NCBI GenBank assembly: GCA_046484865.1
Contig: JAWOID010000113.1
Span: 1 to 34,151, forward strand
Direction of reading: 5' to 3'
DNA: 34,151 nucleotides
Source: Candidatus Krumholzibacteriia bacterium
Lineage (GTDB): Bacteria > Krumholzibacteriota > Krumholzibacteriia > LZORAL124-64-63
The notes beneath the pieces are model-generated. The model made no database searches and had not been told where the DNA came from. It saw only the letters and a program-made list of their open reading frames with translations. This document shows, one piece after another, positions 7,896 to 16,527 of the stretch (its first letter is position 1; the number at the start of each line of letters is the position of its first letter). Made by a program: the position numbers and the translations under genes.

Positions 7896-8953
7896 TGCGC
7901 ATCGGCCTGACCTACGACCTCCGGGACGAGTACCTGAGCCTGGGCTACGACGAGGAGGAGACGGCGGAGTTCGACCGCATCTCCACCATCGACGAGATCG
8001 ACGACGCCCTGCGGCGGCTCGGACACGTCACCGATCGTATCGGCCACGCCCGGCAGCTGGTGGAGCGCCTGGCGGCGGGCGAGCGCTGGGACCTGGTGTT
8101 CAACATCGCCGAGGGGATGCACGGGATCGGACGCGAGGCGCAGGTGCCGGCGCTCCTGGACGTGTATTCGATCCCCTACACCTTCAGCGATCCGCTGGTC
8201 CTCTCGCTGACGCTCCACAAGGGGATGACCAAGCGCGTCCTGCGCGACGCAGGCCTGCCCACCAGCGCCTTCGTCGAGGTGGCCGGCCTGGCCGACCTGG
8301 AGGGACTGAACCTGCCGTTCCCGCTGTTCGCCAAGCCGGTGGCCGAGGGGACGGGCAAGGGGATCGACGGCGATTCGGTGCTGCGTACGCCCGCCGAGAT
8401 GCACGAGCGCTGCGCCCTGCTGCTGGAGCGGTTCCGGCAGCCGGTGCTGGTGGAGACCTTCCTGCCCGGCCGCGAACTCACCGTGGGCATCACCGGCACC
8501 GGCGACCGCGCGCAGGTTCTGGGCACCCTCGAGGTGGTGCTGCTCGACGGCGCCGAGGCCGAGGCCTACACCTACACCAACAAGGAGAACTGCGAGGACC
8601 TGGTGGAGTACCGCCCCGTGGACGGCCGCCTCGATCCGCAGGTGCGTCGCGCCGAAGAGGCCGCGCTGGCGGCGTGGCGCCTGCTGGGCTGCCGCGATGC
8701 CGGCCGGGTGGACCTGCGCGCCGACGCGCAGGGCGTCCTGCAGATCATGGAGCTGAACCCGCTGGCGGGGCTGCACCCCGAGCATTCGGATCTGCCGATG
8801 ATCGCCACCGCTGCGGGCATGAGCTACGACGACCTGATGCGCCGCATCGTCGATTCCGCCCGCGAGCGCCTGGTGGTGGTGCCGCTGCGGGAGGTGACCG
8901 GCCATGCGTGTGCTGTTGCTGCACAACGCGGTGTCGCCGCACGCGGCGCCTGA
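7895..8953 (+). CDS. ATP-grasp ligase, D-alanine--D-alanine ligase-like (paralog 1)
   Basis: Start overlaps the kamA stop (GTGATGTGATG context; GTG 7892 or ATG 7895). Ddl-family motifs include …PFPLFAKPVAEGTGKGI…, …LVETFLPGRELTVGI… and …GRVDLRADAQGVLQIMELNPLAGL…. Confidence 0.8.
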   Translation: MRIGLTYDLRDEYLSLGYDEEETAEFDRISTIDEIDDALRRLGHVTDRIGHARQLVERLAAGERWDLVFNIAEGMHGIGREAQVPALLDVYSIPYTFSDPLVLSLTLHKGMTKRVLRDAGLPTSAFVEVAGLADLEGLNLPFPLFAKPVAEGTGKGIDGDSVLRTPAEMHERCALLLERFRQPVLVETFLPGRELTVGITGTGDRAQVLGTLEVVLLDGAEAEAYTYTNKENCEDLVEYRPVDGRLDPQVRRAEEAALAAWRLLGCRDAGRVDLRADAQGVLQIMELNPLAGLHPEHSDLPMIATAAGMSYDDLMRRIVDSARERLVVVPLREVTGHACAVAAQRGVAARGA

Positions 8954-9902
8954 CGAGGCGGACGTCCTCGCTCAGGTGGAGGCGGTCGCCGCCGCGCTGA
9001 AAGGACTGGGGCACGAGACCGCGGCGTTCGGCTGCAGCCTCGACCTGCAGGCCGTCGCCGGCGCCCTGGCCGAGTGGCGCCCCGGCGCTGTCTTCAACCT
9101 GGTCGAGAGCCTGGCCGGCCACGGACGTCTGATCCACCTGGCACCGGCCGTCGTGGAGGCGTCCGGCGTCCCGCTGGCGGGCTGCCCGACCGAGGCCATC
9201 TTCCTGACCTCGCACAAGCTCGTGGCGAAGGAATGCCTCCAGCGTGCGGGGCTGCCCACGCCCGCCTGGCTCGGCCCGGACGGCTCGCCCGGCGGGCGGC
9301 CTCCGGCGAACGAACCGCGGCAGTGGATCGTCAAGTCCGTGTGGGAGGACGCATCGCTGGGCATGGACGACGGTTCGGTGATCACCGGTACGGCCGCCGC
9401 CCGCGATCTCCTGCGGCAGCGGTGCGGCACGGCCGGCGCCCCCTGGTTCGCGGAGGCGTTCGTGGAGGGCCGCGAGTTCAACATCGCGCTGCTCGACGGG
9501 ACCGACGGCCCCCGGGTGCTGCCCCCGGCGGAGATGCTATTCGCGGACTACCCGGACGGCAAGCCGCGCATCGTGGGCTACGCCGCCAAGTGGCACGCCG
9601 ATTCCTTCGAGTACGGCCATACCGTGCGCACCTTCGACTTCCCGTCGGAGGACCGGTCGTTGCTGGACGAGCTGACCGATCTCTGCCACGCCTGCTGGCG
9701 GTCGTTCGGGCTGCGCGGCTGGGCACGGGTCGATTTCCGGGTGGACGCCGACGGGCGACCATGGATCCTCGAGGTGAACGCCAACCCCTGCCTGGCTCCG
9801 GACGCCGGCTACGTCGCCGCCGTCGAGCGGGCCGGTTCGACCTTCCCGCGGGCCGTGGCGCAGATCCTCGCCACGGCGGCCGCCGACGGCCGCCGGCCCT
9901 GA
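8904..9902 (+). CDS. ATP-grasp ligase, D-alanine--D-alanine ligase-like (paralog 2)
   Basis: ATG 8904 overlaps the 3' end of paralog 1 by about 50 nt. Motifs include …QWIVKSVWEDASLG…, …FAEAFVEGREFNIALL… and …GWARVDFRVDADGRPWILEVNANPCLAPDAG… (Ddl-type Mg/ATP site region). Confidence 0.8.
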   Translation: MRVLLLHNAVSPHAAPDEADVLAQVEAVAAALKGLGHETAAFGCSLDLQAVAGALAEWRPGAVFNLVESLAGHGRLIHLAPAVVEASGVPLAGCPTEAIFLTSHKLVAKECLQRAGLPTPAWLGPDGSPGGRPPANEPRQWIVKSVWEDASLGMDDGSVITGTAAARDLLRQRCGTAGAPWFAEAFVEGREFNIALLDGTDGPRVLPPAEMLFADYPDGKPRIVGYAAKWHADSFEYGHTVRTFDFPSEDRSLLDELTDLCHACWRSFGLRGWARVDFRVDADGRPWILEVNANPCLAPDAGYVAAVERAGSTFPRAVAQILATAAADGRRP

Positions 9903-9919
9903 CGGGAGGAAGTCGCCGC

Positions 9920-11656
9920 ATGTTCCGCATCCGACGCATCCATGACGACGCCCTGCCGGTGAACCTGGCCGCCCTCGAGCAGGTGCAGGCCATCCTGCGC
10001 GACCGCTTCCCGGACGCGCCCGACAAGGACGCCGACGAACTGCCGTCCCGCCTGCGCGACCCGTACCTGCACCGGTTCCACGGCGTGCTCTACGTGGCGG
10101 AGAAGCAGAGCGGGGGCGGGGTGCAGGGGTTCGCCCTGGTGCTGCACGATGCGCAGCTGCGGATGCTCTATCTCGACTACATCGCCGCCCAGGCGCGGCT
10201 CACGAGCCGCGGCATCGGCGGCGCCCTCTACCAGCGGGTCCGCGACGAGGGCAAGGCGCTGAACGCCCGCGGCGTCTTCTTCGAGTCGCTCCCGGACGAC
10301 CCGGCCGACTGCGGCGACCGGGCGCTGCTCGTCGCGAACAAGGCGCGGCTGCGCTTCTACGAGACCTTCGGCGCCCGGCCGCTGGTGAACAACGATTACA
10401 CCAGACCGGTGCGCCCCGACGACACCTGCATGCCGTATCTGGTCTACGATCCCCTGGACGGCAAGGCGCCGGGCCGCCGCTTCGTCCGCGAGGCGGTCCG
10501 CGCCATCCTGGAGCGCAAGTACGCCCACCTGTGCCCGCCCGAGTACGTGGAGGCGGTGGTCCGCTCCTTCAAGGACGACCCGGTGCAGATGCGCGCTCCG
10601 CGCTACCGCAAGGAACCGCGGCCGGTGGCACCCGCGGTGGTGGGCCAGGAGCGGATCGCGCTCATCGTCAACCAGAAGCACGACATCCACCACGTTCACG
10701 ACCGGGGCTACGTGGAGGCGCCGGTGCGCGTATCCCGCATCCTGGCCGAGCTGGACCGGACCGAGGCCTTCGAGCGCCTGGAGGCGCGGGAACGCGGCGT
10801 CGAGCACATCAAGCAGGTGCACGACCGCGGCTACGTGGAGTACCTGCGACGGGTCTGCGCGGGGCTCGACGCGAAGCAATCGGTCTACCCGTACGTCTTC
10901 CCCGTCCGCAACGCCAGCCGGCCGCCGCAGGATCTGGCCGTGCGCGCCGGCTACTACTGCATCGACACCTTCACTCCGCTCAACCAGAACGCCTACAAGG
11001 CGGCGCGGGGGGCGGTGAACTGCGTCCTGGCCGGTGTGGAGGAGATCAGACGCGGCCGGCGGCTGGCCTATGCCCTGGTGCGGCCGCCCGGCCACCACGC
11101 GGAGCGGAGGTCGTTTGGCGGCTTCTGCTACTTCTGCAACGGCGGGATCGCGGCCAGCGAGCTGGCGCGCCTGGGCAAGGTGGCTCTGCTGGACATCGAC
11201 TACCACCACGGCAATGGCCAGCAGGACATTTTCTATGCCCGCGACGACGTGCTGACGGTCTCGATCCACGGCCATCCGCGGTTCTCGTACCCCTACTTCT
11301 CGGGCTTCGCCGAGGAAGAGGGCGAGGGCGCCGGCCGCGGCTTCAATCTCAACCTGCCGCTGCCGGAGACCATCGATGCGATCCGCTACCGCGAAGCGCT
11401 GGAGCAGGCGCTGCGCCGGGTGCGTTCGTTCAAGCCGGCGGTACTGGTGGTGTCGCTGGGGCTGGACACCGCCAAGGGTGACCCGACCGGCACCTGGTTC
11501 CTGGCGGCCGACGACTTCTTCGAGAACGGGCGCCGCATCGGCGCCATGGGCCTGCCGACCCTGGTGGTGCAGGAGGGCGGCTACCGCACCCGCACCCTGG
11601 GTCGCAACGCGCGCGCCTTCTTCGAGGGGCTGCGCAAGGGAGAGCGCGAATCGTGA
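9920..11656 (+). CDS. Bifunctional fusion: N-terminal GNAT acetyltransferase domain + C-terminal histone-deacetylase/acetylpolyamine-amidohydrolase (HDAC/AcuC/APAH) family domain
   Basis: GGAGG RBS before ATG 9920 (MFRIRRIHDD…). N-terminal ~180 aa carry GNAT motif A (…SRGIGGALYQRV…). C-terminal ~390 aa carry the HDAC signatures RPPGHHA, DIDYHHGNG, SLGLDTAKGDP and QEGGY. The upstream part of track ORF 9074..11656 is rejected. Confidence 0.8.
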   Translation: MFRIRRIHDDALPVNLAALEQVQAILRDRFPDAPDKDADELPSRLRDPYLHRFHGVLYVAEKQSGGGVQGFALVLHDAQLRMLYLDYIAAQARLTSRGIGGALYQRVRDEGKALNARGVFFESLPDDPADCGDRALLVANKARLRFYETFGARPLVNNDYTRPVRPDDTCMPYLVYDPLDGKAPGRRFVREAVRAILERKYAHLCPPEYVEAVVRSFKDDPVQMRAPRYRKEPRPVAPAVVGQERIALIVNQKHDIHHVHDRGYVEAPVRVSRILAELDRTEAFERLEARERGVEHIKQVHDRGYVEYLRRVCAGLDAKQSVYPYVFPVRNASRPPQDLAVRAGYYCIDTFTPLNQNAYKAARGAVNCVLAGVEEIRRGRRLAYALVRPPGHHAERRSFGGFCYFCNGGIAASELARLGKVALLDIDYHHGNGQQDIFYARDDVLTVSIHGHPRFSYPYFSGFAEEEGEGAGRGFNLNLPLPETIDAIRYREALEQALRRVRSFKPAVLVVSLGLDTAKGDPTGTWFLAADDFFENGRRIGAMGLPTLVVQEGGYRTRTLGRNARAFFEGLRKGERES

Positions 11657-12192
11657 GCCGAACCGAGCGCAAGCAGGCAGCCGGGACGCCCGGCCGGGGT
11701 GGCGCGGCCGCCGGTGCAGCGGTCCTGCGGGACGACGTACGACCTTCGGACGTGGCCGCCGTCCGCGACCTCGTGGCCGCCACCGGCTTCTTCAGTGCCG
11801 AGGAGGTGGGAATCGCCGCCGAGCTGGTGCAGGAGCACCTCGAGAAGGGAGCGGCCAGCGGCTACGAGTTCCTCTTCGCCGAGGTGGACGGGCGCGTGGT
11901 GGGCTACACCTGCTACGGCTTGATCCCGTGCAGCACCGTCAGCTGGGACGTCTACTGGATTGCGGTCGACCCGGACCAGCAGGGGAGCGGGCTGGGGCGG
12001 CGGCTCATGGCAAAGACCGAAGACCGGGCGCGCGCACGCGGCGGTGTGACGGTCTTCGCCGAGACCAGCGGTCGCGCCCAGTACGAGCCCACGCGCGGCT
12101 TCTATCACCGCTGCGGTTACCACGAGGCCGCGCTGCTCGAAGATTTCTATGCGGTCGGCGACGCCAAGGTGATTTTCGCGCGCCGCCTGTGA
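11653..12192 (+). CDS. GNAT family N-acetyltransferase
   Basis: GTG start overlaps the stop of the preceding gene (GTGA). GNAT core (…VGYTCYGL…WIAVDPDQQGSGLGRRLM…). Confidence 0.8.
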   Translation: MSRTERKQAAGTPGRGGAAAGAAVLRDDVRPSDVAAVRDLVAATGFFSAEEVGIAAELVQEHLEKGAASGYEFLFAEVDGRVVGYTCYGLIPCSTVSWDVYWIAVDPDQQGSGLGRRLMAKTEDRARARGGVTVFAETSGRAQYEPTRGFYHRCGYHEAALLEDFYAVGDAKVIFARRL

Positions 12193-12317
12193 ACACGGTG
12201 GCCTCCTCCGGTCGCCGGCCTCCGGTAGCCTGCCGTGGGGGCCTGCGCTAAGCTGGCGGGCAGACGCCGGCCACCGCGCTCCCGCCGCCGCGCTCCCGAG
12301 GACCAGGAGGACCGCCG

Positions 12318-13085
12318 ATGCCCGGAGCCAGCGCAGCCCTGCTCGCGAATCGCACGGCCCTGATCACCGGCTCCAGCCGCGGTATCGGCGCCGCCGTGGC
12401 CCGGCTGATGGCGCTGCACGGGGCCCGCGTGGCGGTGAACTACTGCCGCTCCGAGGCGAAGGCCCGGGTCCTGCGCGACGAGATCACCGAGGCGGGGGGC
12501 GAGGCCATCGTCGTCTGCGCGGACGTCACCAGTCCCGACCAGATCGAGTGCATGTTCGCCGAGGTCAAGGAAGCCTTCGGACCGGTGAACATCCTGGTGA
12601 ACAATGCGTCCATCAGCTTCCCGATCACGTCGTTCGTCGAACTCCGGTGGGACGACTTCATCCGCAAGCTCACCGACGAGCTGCGCGCCGCATTCCACTG
12701 CTGCCGCCATGCGGTCGACCACATGACCGAGAGCGGTGGCGGCTCGATCATCAACGTGAGCAGCGCCCTGTCGCGGCATCCCGGCCACGGCTTCGCCGCC
12801 CACTCCAGCGCGAAGGCCGCCCTCGACGCCTTCTCCCGCGACCTGGCCGTGGAACTCGGTCCCCAGGGCATCCGCGTGAACGTGGTTGCGCCGGGGCTCA
12901 CCCTGACCGACGCCACCGCCTACACCCCCGACGACCTGAAGGAGGCCATCGCCATGCAGACGCCGCTGCAGCGGCTGGGTCTGCCCGACGACATCAGCGG
13001 CACGGTGGTCTATCTGGCCAGCGACCTGTCGGCCTTCGTCACCGGCGCCTACATCCCGGTGAGTGGCGGCATCCAGATGATCTAG
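12318..13085 (+). CDS. SDR family oxidoreductase (3-oxoacyl-ACP reductase-like)
   Basis: RBS AGGAGG. TGSSRGIGAAVA cofactor motif, NNAS motif, and catalytic S…Y…K spacing (…SSA…K…). 255 aa. Confidence 0.85.
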   Translation: MPGASAALLANRTALITGSSRGIGAAVARLMALHGARVAVNYCRSEAKARVLRDEITEAGGEAIVVCADVTSPDQIECMFAEVKEAFGPVNILVNNASISFPITSFVELRWDDFIRKLTDELRAAFHCCRHAVDHMTESGGGSIINVSSALSRHPGHGFAAHSSAKAALDAFSRDLAVELGPQGIRVNVVAPGLTLTDATAYTPDDLKEAIAMQTPLQRLGLPDDISGTVVYLASDLSAFVTGAYIPVSGGIQMI

Positions 13086-13114
13086 CCCGGGGGCGGCGTT
13101 CCGGAGGAGTTCCC

Positions 13115-14362
13115 TTGGAGACCTGGGATGTGGTGGTGGCGGGAGCCGGCGCGGCGGGCGTGTTCGGCGCCCTGCGCTGCCTGGAACTGGCGCCATCCGC
13201 CCGGGTGCTGGTGCTGGAGAAGGGACCGCGTCCGCTCACCAAGGTGGGGATCAGCGGCGGCGGCCGCTGCAACGTGACGCACGCTTGCTTCGATCCGCGT
13301 CTGCTGGTGGCGTCCTATCCGCGCGGCGGGCGCGAGTTGCTGGGGCCGTTCACCCGTTTCGGCCCCGCGGAGATGGTCGCCTGGCTGGCCGCGCGAGGCG
13401 TCGCGGTGAAGGCCGAATCAGACGGACGCATGTTCCCGATCTCCGATCGTTCCGATACCGTCGTGGAGACCTTCCTCGCGGCGGCGCGCCGTTTGGGAGC
13501 GACGCTGCGCACGCGAGTCGCGCTGACGACGGTCCGGCCGGAACCGCCGGGCGGGTTCCGCCTCGCGATCGGGGGCGGGAGCGAACTGCAGTGCCGCCGG
13601 CTGCTGCTCGCCACGGGCGGCGACCGCCGGCCCGCGGCGTACAGCGTGCCCGCGGCGCTCGGACACACCATCGCGCCCCCGGTGCCGTCGCTCTTCACCT
13701 TCAAGATCCCCGATCCGCGGCTGCGCGGTCTGGCGGGCGTGGCGGTCGAGAAAGCCGTCGTGGCGGTGGCCGGCACGTCGCTGCGCCAGCGGGGTCCGGT
13801 CCTCGTCACGCACTGGGGGCTGAGCGGACCGGCGGTGCTGGCGCTCTCGTCCCGCGGCGCGCGGGACCTGCACGCGGCGCGGTACCGCTTCGACCTGCAG
13901 GTGAGCTGGGTGCCGGCTCTCGGCACCGGACCGGGCCGGACCGAGACGGCCGGCGAGTTGCTGCGTGGCACGGCCGCCGCACATGGCCGCCGGCGCGTCC
14001 ACGCCCACGTCCCCGTCGATCTGCCGCGGCGGCTCTGGTCGGCTCTCGTCGCCGGCGCCGGCGTGCCCGGCGACCGGGTGTACGCCGACCTGACCCGCGA
14101 CGAGCGTCGCGCTCTGGCCGCCGAACTGACGGCCGGAAGCTACGCGGTGACGGGGGTGTCGACGCACAAGGAGGAGTTCGTCACCTGCGGGGGGGTGGTG
14201 CTGAAAGAGGTGGATTTCCGCAGCATGGAGAGCCGCGTCCAGCCAGGGCTGCACCTGGCGGGCGAGGTGCTGGACATCGACGCGTTGACCGGCGGCTACA
14301 ACTTGCAGGCCGCGTGGACAACCGGGTGGATCGCGGGCGAGGCGATGGCACGGGCGATCTGA
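13115..14362 (+). CDS. HI0933/BaiN-like (aminoacetone-oxidase family) NAD(P)/FAD-dependent flavoprotein
   Basis: Preferred start TTG 13115 (GGAGGAG RBS 7 nt upstream), within track ORF 12548..14362. Dinucleotide motif DVVVAGAGAAG. GGGRCN motif typical of the HI0933 family. C-terminal …GGYNLQAAWTTG…. Confidence 0.8.
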   Translation: METWDVVVAGAGAAGVFGALRCLELAPSARVLVLEKGPRPLTKVGISGGGRCNVTHACFDPRLLVASYPRGGRELLGPFTRFGPAEMVAWLAARGVAVKAESDGRMFPISDRSDTVVETFLAAARRLGATLRTRVALTTVRPEPPGGFRLAIGGGSELQCRRLLLATGGDRRPAAYSVPAALGHTIAPPVPSLFTFKIPDPRLRGLAGVAVEKAVVAVAGTSLRQRGPVLVTHWGLSGPAVLALSSRGARDLHAARYRFDLQVSWVPALGTGPGRTETAGELLRGTAAAHGRRRVHAHVPVDLPRRLWSALVAGAGVPGDRVYADLTRDERRALAAELTAGSYAVTGVSTHKEEFVTCGGVVLKEVDFRSMESRVQPGLHLAGEVLDIDALTGGYNLQAAWTTGWIAGEAMARAI

Positions 14363-14476
14363 GGTCGCCGGCCGGCGCGCCGGTGGCGGGTGCTGCCGCC
14401 AGCCCAGGCGCGGCACGTGGCCGTCACCCGGTCCAGCGGACTGCCCGGCGGCCGGCCGGTCTCCGGTACCCCCGGC

Positions 14477-14944
14477 TCAGCGGAAGAGTCGCCTCACCGC
14501 CGACCAGCTCGTCTCCTCGGCCGTTACCCCACATGGTTCGAACTGCCCGCGGATCGCGCCGTTGGGGAACGCGGAAGTGTGGACCTGGACGTAGATGTTG
14601 CCCAGGAACAGCGCCTCCACCTCGGTGGCGGTGGGCATCCACGTGCCGGTGACGGACTGCCCGCTTTCGAGCGGGAAGACGACCGGACCGTTCTCTCCGA
14701 ATGCTCCGATGTGCAGGTGAGCGCCGGTGACGTCCACGAGTCCCTGGTACTCGAGGTAATACGCCACCTCGGTCTGGGCGGCGTTCAGGAACAGAGCGGC
14801 ATGACCGGTCCCCGTGACCGGGGTCGGCGGTACCACCTCTGTCCCGTCGAGTCCGGCCACGAAGCTCCATTCGAGTGCTGCGGCTCCGCCGGCCAGCAGC
14901 AGACTGAACGCTCCGATCAGCATGATGCGCCTAGCAATGCTCAC
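14477..14944 (-). CDS. CHRD-domain secreted protein
   Basis: GGGAGGG RBS 6 nt before GTG 14944. Signal peptide (…RRIMLIGAFSLLLAGGAAA). CHRD signature GAHLHIGAFGENGPVV. Track ORF 14477..15133 is trimmed at its 5' end. Confidence 0.7.
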   Translation of the reverse strand: MSIARRIMLIGAFSLLLAGGAAALEWSFVAGLDGTEVVPPTPVTGTGHAALFLNAAQTEVAYYLEYQGLVDVTGAHLHIGAFGENGPVVFPLESGQSVTGTWMPTATEVEALFLGNIYVQVHTSAFPNGAIRGQFEPCGVTAEETSWSAVRRLFR

Positions 14945-15223
14945 GTGTTTCCCTCCCGTGACGCGAGACGTTCTGCCGGCCGCACGATATCGCACACCAT
15001 ATCGGCGATGGTGTCTGGTGCGGTTGACCGGCCCTTCCGTCGGCCGCGCGCGGGAGCGATCCTCATTCCCCCCACGGATCACGCGTCGAGCGACCGCATT
15101 CCGGTCTTGTCCGTGCAGAAACTGCTCTGTCAATAACAGTGGGAAGGAAAGGCGCGATCATCGGGGTGTCCCCGAACGGCGGCCCGAGAAACCCCCGATC
15201 CGCACGACCCCGCTGCCGGCGGC

Positions 15224-15955
15224 TCAGTGCCTGGCGCTGTCGCTCTCTTGCGCGGTCGGTCCGGAGCGCAGGCGCGGGAACAGGACATTGTTCTCCTTGT
15301 GGATGTGGCGGTGCGTGTCGCGCTCCAGCTCGGCGATGGCCCGGACGAGCGCGCGCCAGCTCTCGCAGGCGTCGTCCGGCGTGGCGTGGTCGCCGGTCAG
15401 TCGCCGCATCGTCGCCAGGAGCTCGCCCGCCTGCTCGTGTTCGGTCTCCATCACCCGGAGCGGACCCTCCAGGTGGTGCGCTCGTCCGGAGGCGCCGTCG
15501 TCCTCGCTGGCGCGGGCGAAGGCGCGGACGGCAGGGAAAAGGATCTGCTCCTCCTTCGCCAGGTGGCTCTCGATCTCGGCCCGGAAGCCGCCGATGACCC
15601 GTTCCAGCTCGACCAGCTCCGGGTGCCGGTCGCCATGGGCGTCGCGCACGCGGGCGGCGAGTTCGGTCAGGCGCGGCAGCTCCGACTTGAGATAGGCGTG
15701 GTGGAGGCCCTCGATATGATCGACCAGTTCCTGGAGGTCCATGCCCGCGACGTCCGACTCGTCGTCGCTCGCCGCGGCCGCGGGCATGCTTTCGAGCATG
15801 AGCGCGACGGTGTCGGCATCGAGCCCGCGCTCGGCGCAGGCGTCGGCCAGGGACCGCTGGCCGCCGCAGCAGTAGTCGAGCTGCAGACGGTCGAAGACCC
15901 CCGCCAGATGAGGTCGGGCGCGCACCAGCTCGCCGAGGGTGGTCCGGGTGTTCAT
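15224..15955 (-). CDS. ytfE: Iron-sulfur cluster repair di-iron protein (YtfE/ScdA/RIC)
   Basis: N-terminal ScdA_N motif (GELVRARPHLAGVFDRLQLDYCCGG). Hemerythrin-like C-terminal domain with His/Glu ligand spacing (…HHAYLKSE…, …HIHKENNVLFP…). Confidence 0.85.
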   Translation of the reverse strand: MNTRTTLGELVRARPHLAGVFDRLQLDYCCGGQRSLADACAERGLDADTVALMLESMPAAAASDDESDVAGMDLQELVDHIEGLHHAYLKSELPRLTELAARVRDAHGDRHPELVELERVIGGFRAEIESHLAKEEQILFPAVRAFARASEDDGASGRAHHLEGPLRVMETEHEQAGELLATMRRLTGDHATPDDACESWRALVRAIAELERDTHRHIHKENNVLFPRLRSGPTAQESDSARH

Positions 15956-16149
15956 GTCGGCAACCTCCTGATCGCAAGGAATCGAGGACGACGCGGTCCT
16001 GATGAGGCCAACGTAAGCGCACCGGCCCCTGAGTCAAGACTAATTTCGTCGTGTTTCCGTCCGGCGCCGGTGCGATTAGGTTGGGCAGCGGCAGCCGTAT
16101 GCCGGACGGCGTGTGACGGCGCCCGGCCGACCCGATCGAGGAGGGGTCC

Positions 16150-16527
16150 ATGACCGACTACCACGAGCCGTGGGACGCGCAGTCCGAGGAGGACCGGAAC
16201 ATCCACCGGGCTCTGATGAGCCTCAAGGAGGAGATCGAGGCGGCGGACTGGTATCACGAGCGCGCCGCCGCCACGCGCGACGAGTCCCTGCGCAAGATCC
16301 TCGTCCACAACCGCGACGAGGAGATCGAGCACTCCTGCATGCTGCTGGAGTGGCTGCGCCGCAGGATGCCGGCCTTCCAGGAGCAGCTCTCGCTCTACCT
16401 CTTCAAGGAAGAGGACATCACCGAGATCGAGGAGATGGCGGAAAGCGGCGACGAGGACGGGCAGGAAGTCGAGGCCGCCCCCGGATCGACCGGGCTCGGC
16501 ATCGGCAAGCCGAAGGGGGATGAATGA
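16150..16527 (+). CDS. Encapsulated ferritin-like cargo protein (EncFtn/Flp-type) with C-terminal encapsulin targeting peptide
   Basis: 125 aa. Di-iron E-x-x-H-type motifs (EEIEAADWYHERAA, EEIEHSCMLLEWL). C-terminal tail …GSTGLGIGKPKGDE resembles the G-x-L-G-I-G-x-L-K encapsulin cargo-loading peptide. Stop overlaps the start of the shell gene (ATGA). Confidence 0.7.
   Translation: MTDYHEPWDAQSEEDRNIHRALMSLKEEIEAADWYHERAAATRDESLRKILVHNRDEEIEHSCMLLEWLRRRMPAFQEQLSLYLFKEEDITEIEEMAESGDEDGQEVEAAPGSTGLGIGKPKGDE

Noticed and set aside
9074-9919. 5' extension of track ORF 9074..11656
   Set aside because: It overlaps ATP-grasp paralog 2 in another frame and has no motifs. GGAGG + ATG at 9920 marks the real start of the GNAT::HDAC gene.
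8972-11275. Minus-strand ORFs 8972..9484, 9478..10026 and 9809..11275
   Set aside because: They are antisense to the ATP-grasp and GNAT::HDAC genes and lack any family signature.
13285-14652. 455-aa plus-strand ORF and overlapping 13418..14416 minus-strand ORF
   Set aside because: Both are alternative frames or strands of the HI0933-like flavoprotein gene. They are Arg-rich with no motifs.
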